This document shows, piece by piece, positions 8,921-19,375 of a DNA stretch of 64,000 bases (position 1 is its first letter; every line of letters begins with the position of its first letter). Position numbers and translations under genes: made by a program. Location of the stretch: positions 128,001-192,000 of the forward strand of contig JAIPGM010000003.1 of the NCBI GenBank assembly GCA_021735655.1. The letters are read 5' to 3'. Below the pieces are notes generated by a model. The model was given only the letters and a program-made list of their open reading frames with translations, searched no databases and was not told the origin of the DNA. The stretch comes from Candidatus Omnitrophota bacterium (lineage in GTDB: Bacteria; Omnitrophota; Gorgyraeia; Duberdicusellales; 4484-171).

Positions 8921-8993
8921 GGCGAGGTAGCTCAGTCGGTAGAGCGAGGGACTGAAAATCCCTGCGTGGGGGGTTCAATTCCCTCCCTCGCCA
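8921..8993 (+). tRNA. tRNA-Phe (GAA)
   Basis: Manual cloverleaf. Acceptor GGCGAGG/CCTCGCC. Anticodon loop CTGAAAA. T-arm GGGGG-TTCAATT-CCCTC. CCA not encoded. Confidence 0.9.
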
Positions 8994-9024
8994 CTTTTTT
9001 AAACGAAGTACCTTTTTAAGAAGT

Positions 9025-10482
9025 GTGAAAACTCTATTTTTTTTCATCGCTTTTCTTTTAATTTTTCCTGCCAACAGTTCATTTGCCCTTTTTAAGCCAG
9101 TTGAGAATTTAGAAGATACCCAAATAAAACGCTTAGTAATCTCTCCATTTGATTCGACTTCTGTCTATACTACTTCTAAGAATTCTTTATATCAAAGTCA
9201 AGATTCAGGAAAAAGTTTCGAAAAAGTATCGGTTTTCAAGGATGAAGAGGTTCAACATCTTTTTTTTGACCCTTATTTTGCTAACATAGTTTATATTGTA
9301 ACTAGCCGGCACCTTTATCGTTGGGAAGAAAAACTAGAAGTATTATTTTCTGCTCCTGATGAGGAGTTTATTTATAGTGCTGCCCGCCATAAAGAGAAGA
9401 TATACGTTGGGACCAACAAAGGGCTCTATTTTTCCTTCGAAGATGCTTTAATCTGGCATAAACCAAAGAATTCAATTGAAGCAACAGTTTATTATATCGA
9501 GCCGGCCAATGAACAAGTATATTTGGCTACTGATAGAGGTGTTTACAGCTTAAGCGGTGATGATCGGTTTAAGCGATTGTTTGTTGTGAGAAGGCAGGAA
9601 GAGGAAGATGCTGAGGAGTTTGTTCCCCGGATTATTAAGGTAGATATATTTGATAAAAATCGTCTTTGGTTGGGAACAAGCAGAGGACTGTACAGTTCCT
9701 TAAATTCCGGAAAGAATTGGAGTAAGGTTTATATTGGTGGTCTTGGCAGTCTATTTATTAATTGTATTGCTCAGACTAAGCTTCAAAATGATGTTCTTTA
9801 TCTAGGCTCGACCCGTGGTTTTTTTAAGGTTAATTTTAAAAGAAAATCATCAAAACAGATTTTTGAAGGTCTTCATTCATCTTATATTTGGTGGGTTACC
9901 TTTACTCAGCAAGGAATAATTTACCTGTCTACTTCTAAGGGTTTATTTCAGGAAACCTATTTTACTCCAACTGCCAATAATAATTTTAGGGAGCTGGCAG
10001 CTAAGGAGCCTTCAATTTATGAAGTTCAGCAAAAGGTTTTGCAATATAATGAGGTTCATCCGGATAAGATAGCTAAATGGAGGAAGAGATTAAAGTTTAG
10101 AGCGTTATTACCGGATCTTAATTTAGATTATGATAAAACAGTTACTTATGACAGTGGCTCTGATAAATATTATATTGGTCCACGGGATTGGGGAGTATCC
10201 TTAAGCTGGAATCTCGCTGATTTTGTTTGGAATAGTTATGAGGATGACATTGATACCCGTAGTCGCCTTAATACTCAGTTGCGCTTGGATATAATTGATG
10301 AAATAAACCGGGTTTACTATGAGCGTCTACGTCTAAAGAATGAAATCGCAATTAGCTCTTTAACTAAAGAAGAGCTATTTTCAAAGAAGTTGCGTTTAGA
10401 AGAGTTAACTGCTATCATTGATGGGTATAGTGGAGGATATTTTTCAAAAAGAATAAAAAAACTTAATGAGCAGCAACAATAA
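9025..10482 (+). CDS. secreted beta-propeller-like protein (Reg_prop/BNR-like repeats) with C-terminal helical domain
   Basis: Signal peptide. Repeated (V/L)GT.(K/R)GL(Y/F).S motifs (YVGTNKGLYFS, LATDRGVYS, LGTSRGLYSS, LGSTRGFFKV, LSTSKGLFQ). Confidence 0.5.
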   Translation: MKTLFFFIAFLLIFPANSSFALFKPVENLEDTQIKRLVISPFDSTSVYTTSKNSLYQSQDSGKSFEKVSVFKDEEVQHLFFDPYFANIVYIVTSRHLYRWEEKLEVLFSAPDEEFIYSAARHKEKIYVGTNKGLYFSFEDALIWHKPKNSIEATVYYIEPANEQVYLATDRGVYSLSGDDRFKRLFVVRRQEEEDAEEFVPRIIKVDIFDKNRLWLGTSRGLYSSLNSGKNWSKVYIGGLGSLFINCIAQTKLQNDVLYLGSTRGFFKVNFKRKSSKQIFEGLHSSYIWWVTFTQQGIIYLSTSKGLFQETYFTPTANNNFRELAAKEPSIYEVQQKVLQYNEVHPDKIAKWRKRLKFRALLPDLNLDYDKTVTYDSGSDKYYIGPRDWGVSLSWNLADFVWNSYEDDIDTRSRLNTQLRLDIIDEINRVYYERLRLKNEIAISSLTKEELFSKKLRLEELTAIIDGYSGGYFSKRIKKLNEQQQ

Positions 10483-11485
10483 ACCATTAGTTTTAATTTT
10501 GTGCGGAGGAAGGTCTCTTAGGCTTTGGCCGCTTTCGCAATATAAAAGTAAGAATTTTTTGGATGTTTTTGGTTTTTCCCCTTTAGAGCTTACCGTAAAG
10601 CGATTTTTAAAAATCACCCCTAAAGAAAATATTTTTTTGGTAGCTAATATTTCTGAGAAGAAGGAACTTGAGAAGTTAAAAATAGTCAGAAAAGCTAATA
10701 TAATTTTTGAACCACAAAGTAAAAATACTGCTGCCGCGGTGCTATTATCAATTTTACATTTAAAAAATCAGGCTAGAAAAAGTATTATCATTGCTCCGGT
10801 TGATCATTTAATTGAAAAGGAAAAAGAATTCTACAAAGCACTGAATCTTGCTTTGGCGGCAGCCCAAGCCGGTTCAGTTTGTACTTTGGGAATTAAGCCT
10901 AATGAACCTACGCCAAATTTTGGTTATATTCAAGTGAAATCAAAACAAAAAGGAAGCTACCCAATAAGACGCTTTATTGAAAAGCCAAGCCCTAGCCGGG
11001 CAAAAAAACTTATCGCTAAGGGGGGTTGTTTTTATAACAGTGGCATATTTGTGGCTTCTTTAGCTACCCTGATTGATGAATATAAGAAATACTATCCAGA
11101 TTACAATCATTTTATTAGGCTGTTTGCGAAAAAGAAAATAAAATCTCTTTATCGAGGATTGGAAAATAAACCTTTTGATAAGGCAATAATGGAGAAGACT
11201 AAAAAGGGTGCTTTGGTAAAGGGTAATTTTAGTTGGAAAGATTTTGGTTCTTGGTTATCGATTTATGAAGTTTTTTCTAAGGATGGTAAGGGCAATGTTT
11301 CCAGAGGTAAATCCTTCATGAAAGATAGTCGCAATAATTTAGTTTTTCTTAATGATTTAGGAAAAAAAATATTAGTTATCGGAATGGAGGACACTTTTTT
11401 AATTGACACTAAAGATTTCATTCTTCTTGCTAACCGCGCCCATATAAACAGTCTTAAAAAAGCCTTAAAACAATTTAAGCACTAG
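10466..11485 (+). CDS. mannose-1-phosphate guanylyltransferase-like nucleotidyltransferase
   Basis: N-terminal LVLILCGGRSLRLWPLS (G-G-x-x-x-R-L-x-P NTP-transferase motif). Size and overall pattern fit ManC/GMP. Confidence 0.7.
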   Translation: MSSNNKPLVLILCGGRSLRLWPLSQYKSKNFLDVFGFSPLELTVKRFLKITPKENIFLVANISEKKELEKLKIVRKANIIFEPQSKNTAAAVLLSILHLKNQARKSIIIAPVDHLIEKEKEFYKALNLALAAAQAGSVCTLGIKPNEPTPNFGYIQVKSKQKGSYPIRRFIEKPSPSRAKKLIAKGGCFYNSGIFVASLATLIDEYKKYYPDYNHFIRLFAKKKIKSLYRGLENKPFDKAIMEKTKKGALVKGNFSWKDFGSWLSIYEVFSKDGKGNVSRGKSFMKDSRNNLVFLNDLGKKILVIGMEDTFLIDTKDFILLANRAHINSLKKALKQFKH

Positions 11486-11499
11486 AATCTTCAATTAAA

Positions 11500-12258
11500 A
11501 TGACTTATTTTTATGGACCAGTCTTTTCTCGCAGGTTAGGTTTTTCTCTGGGGGTAGATTTATTTCCCAGAAAGACTTGTTCTTTTGATTGTATTTATTG
11601 TCAATTAGGCAGGAATACAAAAAAAGTTACCCGACGAATTTCTTGTGTTGAATTAGCTAAATTAAAGCAAGAACTAAAAACCATAATTAAAAAGAAACTA
11701 CGGATAGATTTTATAACTATTTCCGGAAGTGGCGAACCAACTTTACATAAGGATTTAAATAAAATTATTAAAGTAATAAAGACAACCACTAACAATAAAT
11801 ATTCGGTGTGTGTTATTACTAATTCATCTTTGCTTTATCGAAAAGATGTAAGGAAAGAACTTAGGGCAGCAGATGTAATCATTCCTTCTTTAGATGCAGC
11901 AAGCGCAAAAGTATTTCATAAAATTAATAAGCCTTATAAGGGGGCAGATTTAAATAAGTTATCGCAAGGTATAGTCAAGCTGTCTCAGGAGTTTAAGGGG
12001 CAAATTTGGCTTGAGGTTATGTTAGTTAAGGGTATAAATGATAACTTATCGGAAATAAAGAAATTAAAAAAGATAATTGAAAAGATATCTCCGAGCAGAG
12101 TCCAACTTAATTTACCGGTGAGACCAGCAGCGGTCAAGGTAAACTTACCGAGTGCTAAGAAACTAGTGCAGATAAGGAAAATTATCGGTTTTGATGCTGA
12201 GGTTGTCTCAGACGTTTACGATGGAAGAAAAGAGTTTACCGCTTCAACTTCAAGATAA
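11500..12258 (+). CDS. radical SAM domain protein
   Basis: CSFDCIYCQ (CxxxCxxC) cluster near the N-terminus. GSGEPTL glycine-rich SAM-binding motif. Confidence 0.75.
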   Translation: MTYFYGPVFSRRLGFSLGVDLFPRKTCSFDCIYCQLGRNTKKVTRRISCVELAKLKQELKTIIKKKLRIDFITISGSGEPTLHKDLNKIIKVIKTTTNNKYSVCVITNSSLLYRKDVRKELRAADVIIPSLDAASAKVFHKINKPYKGADLNKLSQGIVKLSQEFKGQIWLEVMLVKGINDNLSEIKKLKKIIEKISPSRVQLNLPVRPAAVKVNLPSAKKLVQIRKIIGFDAEVVSDVYDGRKEFTASTSR

Positions 12259-12262
12259 ACAA

Positions 12263-12919
12263 ATGATTAGAGAAAATATTAAAACTATTTTAAGCCAGTT
12301 GCCTCAAGGGGTGGAATTGGTGGCGGCAACTAAAGAGCGAAGCAGCGATGAAATAAACGAAGCCATTGAAGGCGGAGTTAAAATAATTGGCGAAAATTAT
12401 ATAAAAGAAGCCGAAGCTAAATTTGAGCTTATTGGCAAGAAAGCAAGGTGGCATTTAATTGGTCATCTCCAGAGCAATAAAGCAAAGGCGGCAGTTAAGA
12501 TTTTTGACCTTATTGAAACTTTAGATTCATTGGATTTAGCCGTTATTTTGGATAAAGAGTGTAAAAAAATAAATAAGGTAATGCCAGTTTTAGTTGAAGT
12601 GAATTCAGCCTCTGAGCCTCAGAAACGAGGGGTTTTGCCTGACCAAGTAGAAACTTTTTTGAATCAGCTTTTAGCTTTTTCTAACCTTAAGCTGTCGGGT
12701 TTGATGACTATGGGACCTTGGTTAGAAGATCCTGAGGCAATAAGGCCATATTTTAGAAAAACCAAAGAATTATTTGATAAAATTAAAGCTAATTATCAAG
12801 GTAAAATAGAAATGAAATATCTTTCAATGGGGATGAGTTCTTCTTGGCGAATAGCCATTGAAGAAGGAGCTAATATTGTAAGGATTGGAACGGCAATTTT
12901 CGGAAAACGAAAAGGTTAA
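12263..12919 (+). CDS. yggS: YggS-family pyridoxal-phosphate homeostasis protein
   Basis: VELVAATKERS…IGENY..E…W…IGHLQSNKAK pattern of YggS/PROSC. Start moved to the ATG at 12263, just after the upstream stop at 12258. Confidence 0.8.
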   Translation: MIRENIKTILSQLPQGVELVAATKERSSDEINEAIEGGVKIIGENYIKEAEAKFELIGKKARWHLIGHLQSNKAKAAVKIFDLIETLDSLDLAVILDKECKKINKVMPVLVEVNSASEPQKRGVLPDQVETFLNQLLAFSNLKLSGLMTMGPWLEDPEAIRPYFRKTKELFDKIKANYQGKIEMKYLSMGMSSSWRIAIEEGANIVRIGTAIFGKRKG

Positions 12920-12920
12920 A

Positions 12921-13628
12921 ATGAAGTTAAAGATAATTTTTGATAAAGAATCAGTAAATAGTAATTGTGTTGGTGGTTGGGGGGTTGCTTATTTGATTGA
13001 TGATAAGATTTTATTTGATACTGCTGAGAAGGCAGAGTATTTAATTACTAATTTAAAGGCCTTAGCTGTAGATATCGTCGGTATTGAAAAGGTAGTTATT
13101 TCTCATAATCATTGGGATCATCGTGCTGGACTTACGAGTTTGCTTGAGCTTAATAAAAAAATAGAAGTTTTTGCCTGCTCTGATTTTATAGATGAGTTCG
13201 GAAAAGAACTTTTTGGATATAATTTAAAATTGGTCGAGGCCCCGCTTCAGATAGCTAACAATGTATATACCAGCGGATGCTTGTCAGTCAACTATAAAGG
13301 TAGTAAGATAAAAGAACAGGCTTTGGTTTTGAGTGGCGAAAAGGGTATCTCTCTTGTTTCTGGTTGTTCTCATCCGGGGGTTTTAGCTTTAATTAATAGG
13401 GCTAAAGAGATTTTTCCTGAAAAAAGGTTTTATTCTTTAGTTGGCGGGCTTCATCTTATGGATGAGGACGAACGGTCGATCAACTACATTGTAGATGAGG
13501 TTAAAGGAGCTGGGGTAGAGAATATTATTCCTGGGCATTGTACGGGATTTAATGCAGTTAAGGTTTTTCAAAAGGTATATCAGGAACATTTTTTTGATTT
13601 GAAAATTGGTCAAGAAATTGAACTATAG
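12921..13628 (+). CDS. MBL-fold metallo-hydrolase
   Basis: HNHWDHRAGL (HxHxDH) metallo-beta-lactamase motif. Start placed at the ATG 2 nt after the yggS stop. Confidence 0.7.
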   Translation: MKLKIIFDKESVNSNCVGGWGVAYLIDDKILFDTAEKAEYLITNLKALAVDIVGIEKVVISHNHWDHRAGLTSLLELNKKIEVFACSDFIDEFGKELFGYNLKLVEAPLQIANNVYTSGCLSVNYKGSKIKEQALVLSGEKGISLVSGCSHPGVLALINRAKEIFPEKRFYSLVGGLHLMDEDERSINYIVDEVKGAGVENIIPGHCTGFNAVKVFQKVYQEHFFDLKIGQEIEL

Positions 13629-13646
13629 CCAAAGGGAGGTGTTTAA

Positions 13647-13979
13647 ATGAGCTTTAGGGTTATTTTTGTAGTTTTAACTGTAGCGGTTTTAATTTCTGGA
13701 TGTGTTCAGATGCGAGATTATACCGGGACTCGCGAGGGGGCTGCCGGATTAGATGTTAAGAATCGGTTCGGTGCTGGTCTTGAGAAAAAAGATTATTATG
13801 TAGTTAAGGATGGAGATGGTATTGTTATCGGTGATAACAAAGATGAAGTAATAGCTATGCTTGGTCTCCCGGATCAAGTAAGTACAACTCTTGAAGGTTA
13901 TGAATATTGGACTTATGATAAAAGGAGCCTTAAACTATTTTTTTCTCAGGATCGGCTCAGGGAGTGGGAAGAATTTTAA
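13647..13979 (+). CDS. small lipoprotein (hypothetical)
   Basis: Lipobox LISGC. GGAGG RBS. 110 aa. Confidence 0.5.
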   Translation: MSFRVIFVVLTVAVLISGCVQMRDYTGTREGAAGLDVKNRFGAGLEKKDYYVVKDGDGIVIGDNKDEVIAMLGLPDQVSTTLEGYEYWTYDKRSLKLFFSQDRLREWEEF

Positions 13980-15247
13980 TTCAATTTTTTGTTTAGATCT
14001 CTTACGTAGTTTTTTATTTTCCAAAAATCTTTTATTTTTTCTTTTTGAAAGAAGCTAAATAGAGAGTTGTTGTGTAAGATTGGCTCATCGACATTATTTT
14101 GATAATGTTTAAATATTTCAGTCTCCGGGACTGGTGAAAATTCAGCCAGAGATACTCTTGCCCCTAGTCGGTTTATAAATTCAACATCAGATTTTAATTC
14201 ATCAAGGTCTTGATTGGGGTAACCCAAAAGTAGATATATACTAAACTCACCATTTTTGAAACCGCCATTTTTGAGTGATTCTATTCCTTTAACTAAATCA
14301 TCTCTGGTTGCTTTATCTCCCCAGGCCTTTTGTAATTTTGGGTTTAGGGTTTCTAAGCCAAAATGAGGGTTGATAAAACCGGATTGTTTAAGAAGCTTTG
14401 ATATCTCAGGGTCTAGAAAGCGCAGATGAAGAGCATTCGGGGTGTGAAAGTTAATTTTTAATTTTCTTTTTACTATGTTGTTCAATAATATTTTTGCATA
14501 TTCTGGTTCATAAAGGAAGGCATCGTCGTAGAGAACAAAATGGCTTAGACCGCGTCGGGCATATTTTACGATAAAATTAACTATTTTATCAGAGTTTATC
14601 CTAAGGAATCCCGATGAAAGTTTTTTTATAGCGCAAAAGCTACAGCTAAATGGACATCCCCATGAGGTTCTCAAGACCAGATAGTCTAAAGAGCTATAGA
14701 AATTTTCATAATCAGGAAGAGTCGAATAGAGTTCTTCTAAGTTAAACGGACAATTTATTAGTTTAAAGAATTTGTCAATTTCAGAGTTTTTAAAAATAAA
14801 GTCGCCACAGTTATTTTCTTTAGCATGGCTATCACAGAGGGTTGCGTAGGTGCCTCCTAAAATTATCGGAATTTTGGGAAATTTTTTCCTTAATATTAAA
14901 TTTAATTCGATAATTGCTGGATACCAATAAGTCATTGATGAGGTAATAAGAATGTAGTCTGGATTTTTGCCAACTAAGCGTTTTTCGAATTCATCTTTAG
15001 GCATTCCGTAGCGTTTAAAATAACGGGGAATAGATTTAGCTGCTCCAGGGGTAGGAATGATTTCACAATAGTACTTACCGCGGCCAAAATCAGCTTGGGA
15101 TATTTTTTTATCTAGGCAATCGATATAGTCTATTGATAACCCTTTGTTTTTTAGGTAGGTCAGAATAACTAAAAATCCATAGGGTTTGAGCCAGAAATCG
15201 TAGGCAGCACAGTCAATTATCCAGGGATTTATTGCTAAAATATTCAC
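13976..15247 (-). CDS. B12-binding-domain radical SAM protein
   Basis: N-terminal cobalamin-binding-like Rossmann segment followed by CPFSCSFC radical-SAM cysteine triad. It is the lone minus-strand gene in this block. Confidence 0.75.
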   Translation of the reverse strand: MNILAINPWIIDCAAYDFWLKPYGFLVILTYLKNKGLSIDYIDCLDKKISQADFGRGKYYCEIIPTPGAAKSIPRYFKRYGMPKDEFEKRLVGKNPDYILITSSMTYWYPAIIELNLILRKKFPKIPIILGGTYATLCDSHAKENNCGDFIFKNSEIDKFFKLINCPFNLEELYSTLPDYENFYSSLDYLVLRTSWGCPFSCSFCAIKKLSSGFLRINSDKIVNFIVKYARRGLSHFVLYDDAFLYEPEYAKILLNNIVKRKLKINFHTPNALHLRFLDPEISKLLKQSGFINPHFGLETLNPKLQKAWGDKATRDDLVKGIESLKNGGFKNGEFSIYLLLGYPNQDLDELKSDVEFINRLGARVSLAEFSPVPETEIFKHYQNNVDEPILHNNSLFSFFQKEKIKDFWKIKNYVRDLNKKLN

Positions 15248-15303
15248 GAGTCCATTATAACAAATATGCTATAATAGGGAAATCTTAAGAATAGGAGCCA
15301 AGA

Positions 15304-16290
15304 ATGTTTGAAGAAGACTTTAGAAATACGGTAAAAAAATACTCTCTTTTGAAAAAAAGGGATAAGGTGCTTTTGGGAGTTTCTGGCGGACCAGATTCAC
15401 TCTGCTTGCTTCAGCTTTTTTTAAAATTGCAGAAAGAATACTCCCTAAAGTTGATCTGCCTGCATTTTAACCACCAGCTGCGTAAAGAGGCCGATAGCGA
15501 GGAGGATTTCGTAAGGCGAGCTTGCAAGCGTTTGGGTGTTGAACTTATCTCAGAAAGTAAGCCGGTTAATGATTTTTTTAAAGGGGATTCCTTAGAACAG
15601 ACGGCCAGAAACTTAAGATTTGATTTTTTCTTAAAACTTTCCCGACAGACTAAATTTAAAAAAATTGCCTTGGCTCACCATAAAGATGATTTAGTGGAAA
15701 CAGTTTTGATGCGTCTGATTCGTGGCTCAGGTTTAAAAGGTTTGCAGGGTTTCTTGCCAAAATCAAAATTCAGAAGCCTTACGGTTATTAGACCGCTGAT
15801 TGAATTAACGAAGAGTGATATTTTGAAATGGCTTAAACAAAACAAAATCGACTATTGTCTTGATCAGAGCAATTTTGAAGATAAGTTTTTTCGCAACCGT
15901 ATACGTTCAAAGCTTATGCCTTTGCTCAAGGAGCTTAATCCGAATATAGTTAACAATATTTATAATGCGGCCAGAACTATTTCTCTCGACTACTCTTTTT
16001 TGTATAGCTTTTCGCACCAGGCTTTTTTAGCCCTTAAGATGAAAGAAGGCAAGGGTAGCATTTCTTTAAGGCTTACTGGCCTCAAGGAATTACCTAAGGC
16101 AATTTTTGCTAATGTAATTAGAATTGCGATTGAAGATTTACAAGGACACACTCGAAGGTTAGAAGCCAAGCATTTAGTTGAGGTTGATGATTTAGTTGCC
16201 AAGCGGCCTCTGGGCAGTATTGTTAATCTACCATTTTTGATGGTGAAAAAAGAGCAAAATTCTCTACTCATTCAATCCTTGATTTTATAA
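15304..16290 (+). CDS. tilS: tRNA(Ile)-lysidine synthetase
   Basis: PP-loop LLGVSGGPDSLCLL (SGGxDS). Sits upstream of ftsH as in many bacteria. Confidence 0.8.
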   Translation: MFEEDFRNTVKKYSLLKKRDKVLLGVSGGPDSLCLLQLFLKLQKEYSLKLICLHFNHQLRKEADSEEDFVRRACKRLGVELISESKPVNDFFKGDSLEQTARNLRFDFFLKLSRQTKFKKIALAHHKDDLVETVLMRLIRGSGLKGLQGFLPKSKFRSLTVIRPLIELTKSDILKWLKQNKIDYCLDQSNFEDKFFRNRIRSKLMPLLKELNPNIVNNIYNAARTISLDYSFLYSFSHQAFLALKMKEGKGSISLRLTGLKELPKAIFANVIRIAIEDLQGHTRRLEAKHLVEVDDLVAKRPLGSIVNLPFLMVKKEQNSLLIQSLIL

Positions 16291-16314
16291 GCCGATACAG
16301 TATAATAATTAGCG

Positions 16315-18222
16315 ATGAATCAGAAAAAAATCCCCAAAAAGACCAAGTCTCCCAATAATAATTTCCTGCGTTCAGGATTTTTTATTATGGCTATATTTTT
16401 GGGTGTTTTGTGGTTGACCAGCCTTTTTAACTCAGAGCTTAACGGCACCGTAAAGAAGCTTGCCTACAGTGAATTTTACTATAAATTAGAACATAATTTG
16501 GAGAAGCCGGAGATAAAGTCGGTCAAGATGATTGATAATTTGATTCAGGGCAATTTTACTGAAAGTGCAGGAGGCGATCGATTTTATTTACATATACCTG
16601 CGGATGATGAAGACTTGCTTGCTTTGTTGAGAAAGAATGTTGATAAATTCGAAGTAGAGCCACCGCGTACATTTCTTTCTAATATTCTATTTTCTTTAGG
16701 ACCGATAATTATTTTGATTGGATTTTTTTGGTACATGTCTTATAAGGGTAACCAAATGGGTTCTCGGGTTTGGAGTTTTGGCAAGTCCCGGGCCAAGCTT
16801 ATGGATAAGGAAAAAACAACCCGGGTTACTTTTAATGATGTTGCCGGAATCGACGAAGCCAAAGAAGAACTCGAAGAGGTGATTGATTTTTTAAAAGATC
16901 CTAAAAAATTTCAGCGCTTAGGCGGAAGATTCCCTAAGGGAGTGTTGTTAGTCGGACCTCCTGGTTGTGGAAAGACTCTATTGGCTAAGGCTGTTGCTGG
17001 GGAAGCCAAGGTTCCTTTTTATAGCATTAGTGGTTCAGATTTTGTCGAGATGTTTGTCGGAGTAGGAGCTTCCCGAGTGCGGGATCTTTTTGAGCAGGCT
17101 AAAAAAGCCGCTAAAAGCGAGAGTAAGGGATGCATTATTTTTATTGATGAAATAGATGCTGTCGGTCGCCAGCGTTTTTCCGGAGTCGGCGGAGGCCATG
17201 ACGAGCGAGAGCAAACTCTAAATCAGCTATTGACTGAAATGGATGGTTTTCAGACTGAGATCGGAGTTATTGTTATGGCTGCAACCAATCGACCGGATGT
17301 TTTAGACCCGGCTTTGCTTCGTCCTGGGCGCTTTGATCGTCATGTTGTTATTTATGCTCCCGATATTCAGGGAAGAGAGGGAATTCTAAAGGTTCATACT
17401 CGTAAAATTCGTCTAGCCAAAAAAATTGACTTAAAAACAATTGCTCAAAAAACGCCTGGATTTTCGGGAGCTGATTTAGAGAATCTTTGCAATGAGGCTG
17501 CTTTATTGGCAGCTAGACATGGTAAGGAATCGGTAGAGCAGTCAGAGCTTGAAGAATCAATTGAGCGGGTAATAATGGGTCCGGAGAAAAAGAGCCGAAT
17601 AATTTCTAAGCGGGAAAAAGAACTAACTGCTTACCATGAAGCTGGCCATACGATACTGTCTTTATTAATTCCGGAAGTTGATTCTTTGTCCAAGGTTTCG
17701 ATAATACCTCGAGGCATGGCTGGCGGTTATACTTTTACTCCGCCGCGTGAGGATCGTTGGCATAGATCTAAAAAAGAGCTTCTTGGTACAATAACCGTGA
17801 TGCTTGGCGGGAGGGTGTCCGAAGAGGTAAATCTAGATGACATTACGACTGGAGCGAGTGACGATTTGACTAAAGTAACTCAAATTGCTCGCAAGATGAT
17901 TTGCGACTACGGAATGAGTGAACGATTAGGTAGCTATGCTCTTGGTTCAAACCAAGGGCCAATATTTTTAGGTCGCGACTTAATTAGAGAAAAAGACTAC
18001 AGCGAAGATACTGCTAAAATAATTGATGAGGAAGTTAAGCGGATTGTTGGTGAGTGCTATACAAGAGCCAAACAACTTATTACTGATAATAAAGCCAAGC
18101 TAAAAATATTAGCTGAAGCCTTGCTCGAAAAAGAAGTATTAGATGCCAAGGAAGTCAAACGCCTAATCGGTTTTAAAGATGAGGATAACCCCAGTAGTAA
18201 TAAAAAACGAACAAAAAGCTAG
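16315..18222 (+). CDS. ftsH: ATP-dependent zinc metalloprotease FtsH
   Basis: Two N-terminal TM segments. AAA Walker A GPPGCGKT. Walker B/SRH region. HEAGH zinc motif. Confidence 0.92.
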   Translation: MNQKKIPKKTKSPNNNFLRSGFFIMAIFLGVLWLTSLFNSELNGTVKKLAYSEFYYKLEHNLEKPEIKSVKMIDNLIQGNFTESAGGDRFYLHIPADDEDLLALLRKNVDKFEVEPPRTFLSNILFSLGPIIILIGFFWYMSYKGNQMGSRVWSFGKSRAKLMDKEKTTRVTFNDVAGIDEAKEELEEVIDFLKDPKKFQRLGGRFPKGVLLVGPPGCGKTLLAKAVAGEAKVPFYSISGSDFVEMFVGVGASRVRDLFEQAKKAAKSESKGCIIFIDEIDAVGRQRFSGVGGGHDEREQTLNQLLTEMDGFQTEIGVIVMAATNRPDVLDPALLRPGRFDRHVVIYAPDIQGREGILKVHTRKIRLAKKIDLKTIAQKTPGFSGADLENLCNEAALLAARHGKESVEQSELEESIERVIMGPEKKSRIISKREKELTAYHEAGHTILSLLIPEVDSLSKVSIIPRGMAGGYTFTPPREDRWHRSKKELLGTITVMLGGRVSEEVNLDDITTGASDDLTKVTQIARKMICDYGMSERLGSYALGSNQGPIFLGRDLIREKDYSEDTAKIIDEEVKRIVGECYTRAKQLITDNKAKLKILAEALLEKEVLDAKEVKRLIGFKDEDNPSSNKKRTKS

Positions 18223-18229
18223 AGAGCTG

Positions 18230-19375
18230 ATGAGTTCTTTAGGTGTGAGTCGCCAAGGAGTAAGAATCCTGTCTCCGAAGAGCGTCTATTCGGTTTTTAA
18301 AATTGAAGGGATTAAGTCTTGGGAGGCTAATATTCTTAAGCAGCATCTTCTTTCTCAGGGTTCAGATGCCGCCATAGAGAGAGATGCTTTGGTAAAAGAT
18401 ATAAGGACTGGAGCTTTGATCTTTGGCAGTTTCAGTCAGTTAAAAAATCTCTGTAAAAAACTTAAAAACCAGCCGTTTAATTTAAAAGAGATATCGCAAA
18501 CTTTGTCATTTTATTTAGATAATATTCATAAAGAAACTTATATTTTTAGGGCCAACAATAAGCAGCTCAAAATAAATAAGCCATTGGTTTGTGGAATTAT
18601 TAATATGACTCCGGATTCATTTTTTCAAGACGGGCTGCTTAACAAAGATCAGAAATATATACTAGAAAGAGTGGAAAAGATGCTTAAAGCCGGAGCTAAG
18701 ATGATTGATATCGGTGGCGAGTCAACACGGCCATTTTCAAAGCCAATAACCGAAAAAGAAGAATTAGCTAGAGTAATTCCAACCCTTAAGGCGATAAGGA
18801 AGCGTTTCAGGAAAGTTTTAATTTCTCTAGATAGCTATAAATATTTAGTGGTTAAAGCGGCCGCAGCTGAAGGTGTTGATTTAATCAATGATATTACTGC
18901 TTTAAACGGGGATTTGCGAAAAAGTTCAGTGATTAAGAACTATAAGCTGGGTTGTGTTCTTATGCATATGAAAGGTAAACCTCGAGATATGCAGAAAAAT
19001 CCTCATTATAAAGATGTTATTAGTGAGGAGTTAGATTTTTTTAAGGAGAGATTACAGTTTTGTCAGCGAATTGGTATAGATAAAGAACGGATAATGATTG
19101 ATCCGGGGATAGGTTTTGGTAAAGATTTAAACGATAACCTTAAGCTTATCAATCAGCTTTATAAATTTAAGGTTTTTGGTTTGCCTTTGTTTTTGGGTTT
19201 GTCGCGGAAGTCTTTTATTGGTAAAATACTTAAAAGTGAACCTGGTGAACGTTTAGTTGGTACTCTTTCAGCGACCATCCTTAGCGTGGGCCAAGGAGCA
19301 AACATTTTACGTACTCATGACGTTGCTGAGACGGTACAAGCTTTAAAAGTAGCTTCAAAAATAACCAATAACTAA
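18230..19375 (+). CDS. folP: dihydropteroate synthase with ~115-130 aa N-terminal extension of unknown function
   Basis: Pterin-binding region INMTPDSFFQDG…IDIGGESTRP…GFGK. Alternative upstream ATG at 18179 overlaps ftsH. The N-terminal extension has no motif I recognise. Confidence 0.8.
   Translation: MSSLGVSRQGVRILSPKSVYSVFKIEGIKSWEANILKQHLLSQGSDAAIERDALVKDIRTGALIFGSFSQLKNLCKKLKNQPFNLKEISQTLSFYLDNIHKETYIFRANNKQLKINKPLVCGIINMTPDSFFQDGLLNKDQKYILERVEKMLKAGAKMIDIGGESTRPFSKPITEKEELARVIPTLKAIRKRFRKVLISLDSYKYLVVKAAAAEGVDLINDITALNGDLRKSSVIKNYKLGCVLMHMKGKPRDMQKNPHYKDVISEELDFFKERLQFCQRIGIDKERIMIDPGIGFGKDLNDNLKLINQLYKFKVFGLPLFLGLSRKSFIGKILKSEPGERLVGTLSATILSVGQGANILRTHDVAETVQALKVASKITNN

Noticed and set aside
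8883-9074. ORF 8883..9074 (-, 63 aa).
   Set aside because: It is antisense to tRNA-Phe and to the start of the downstream gene. Spurious.
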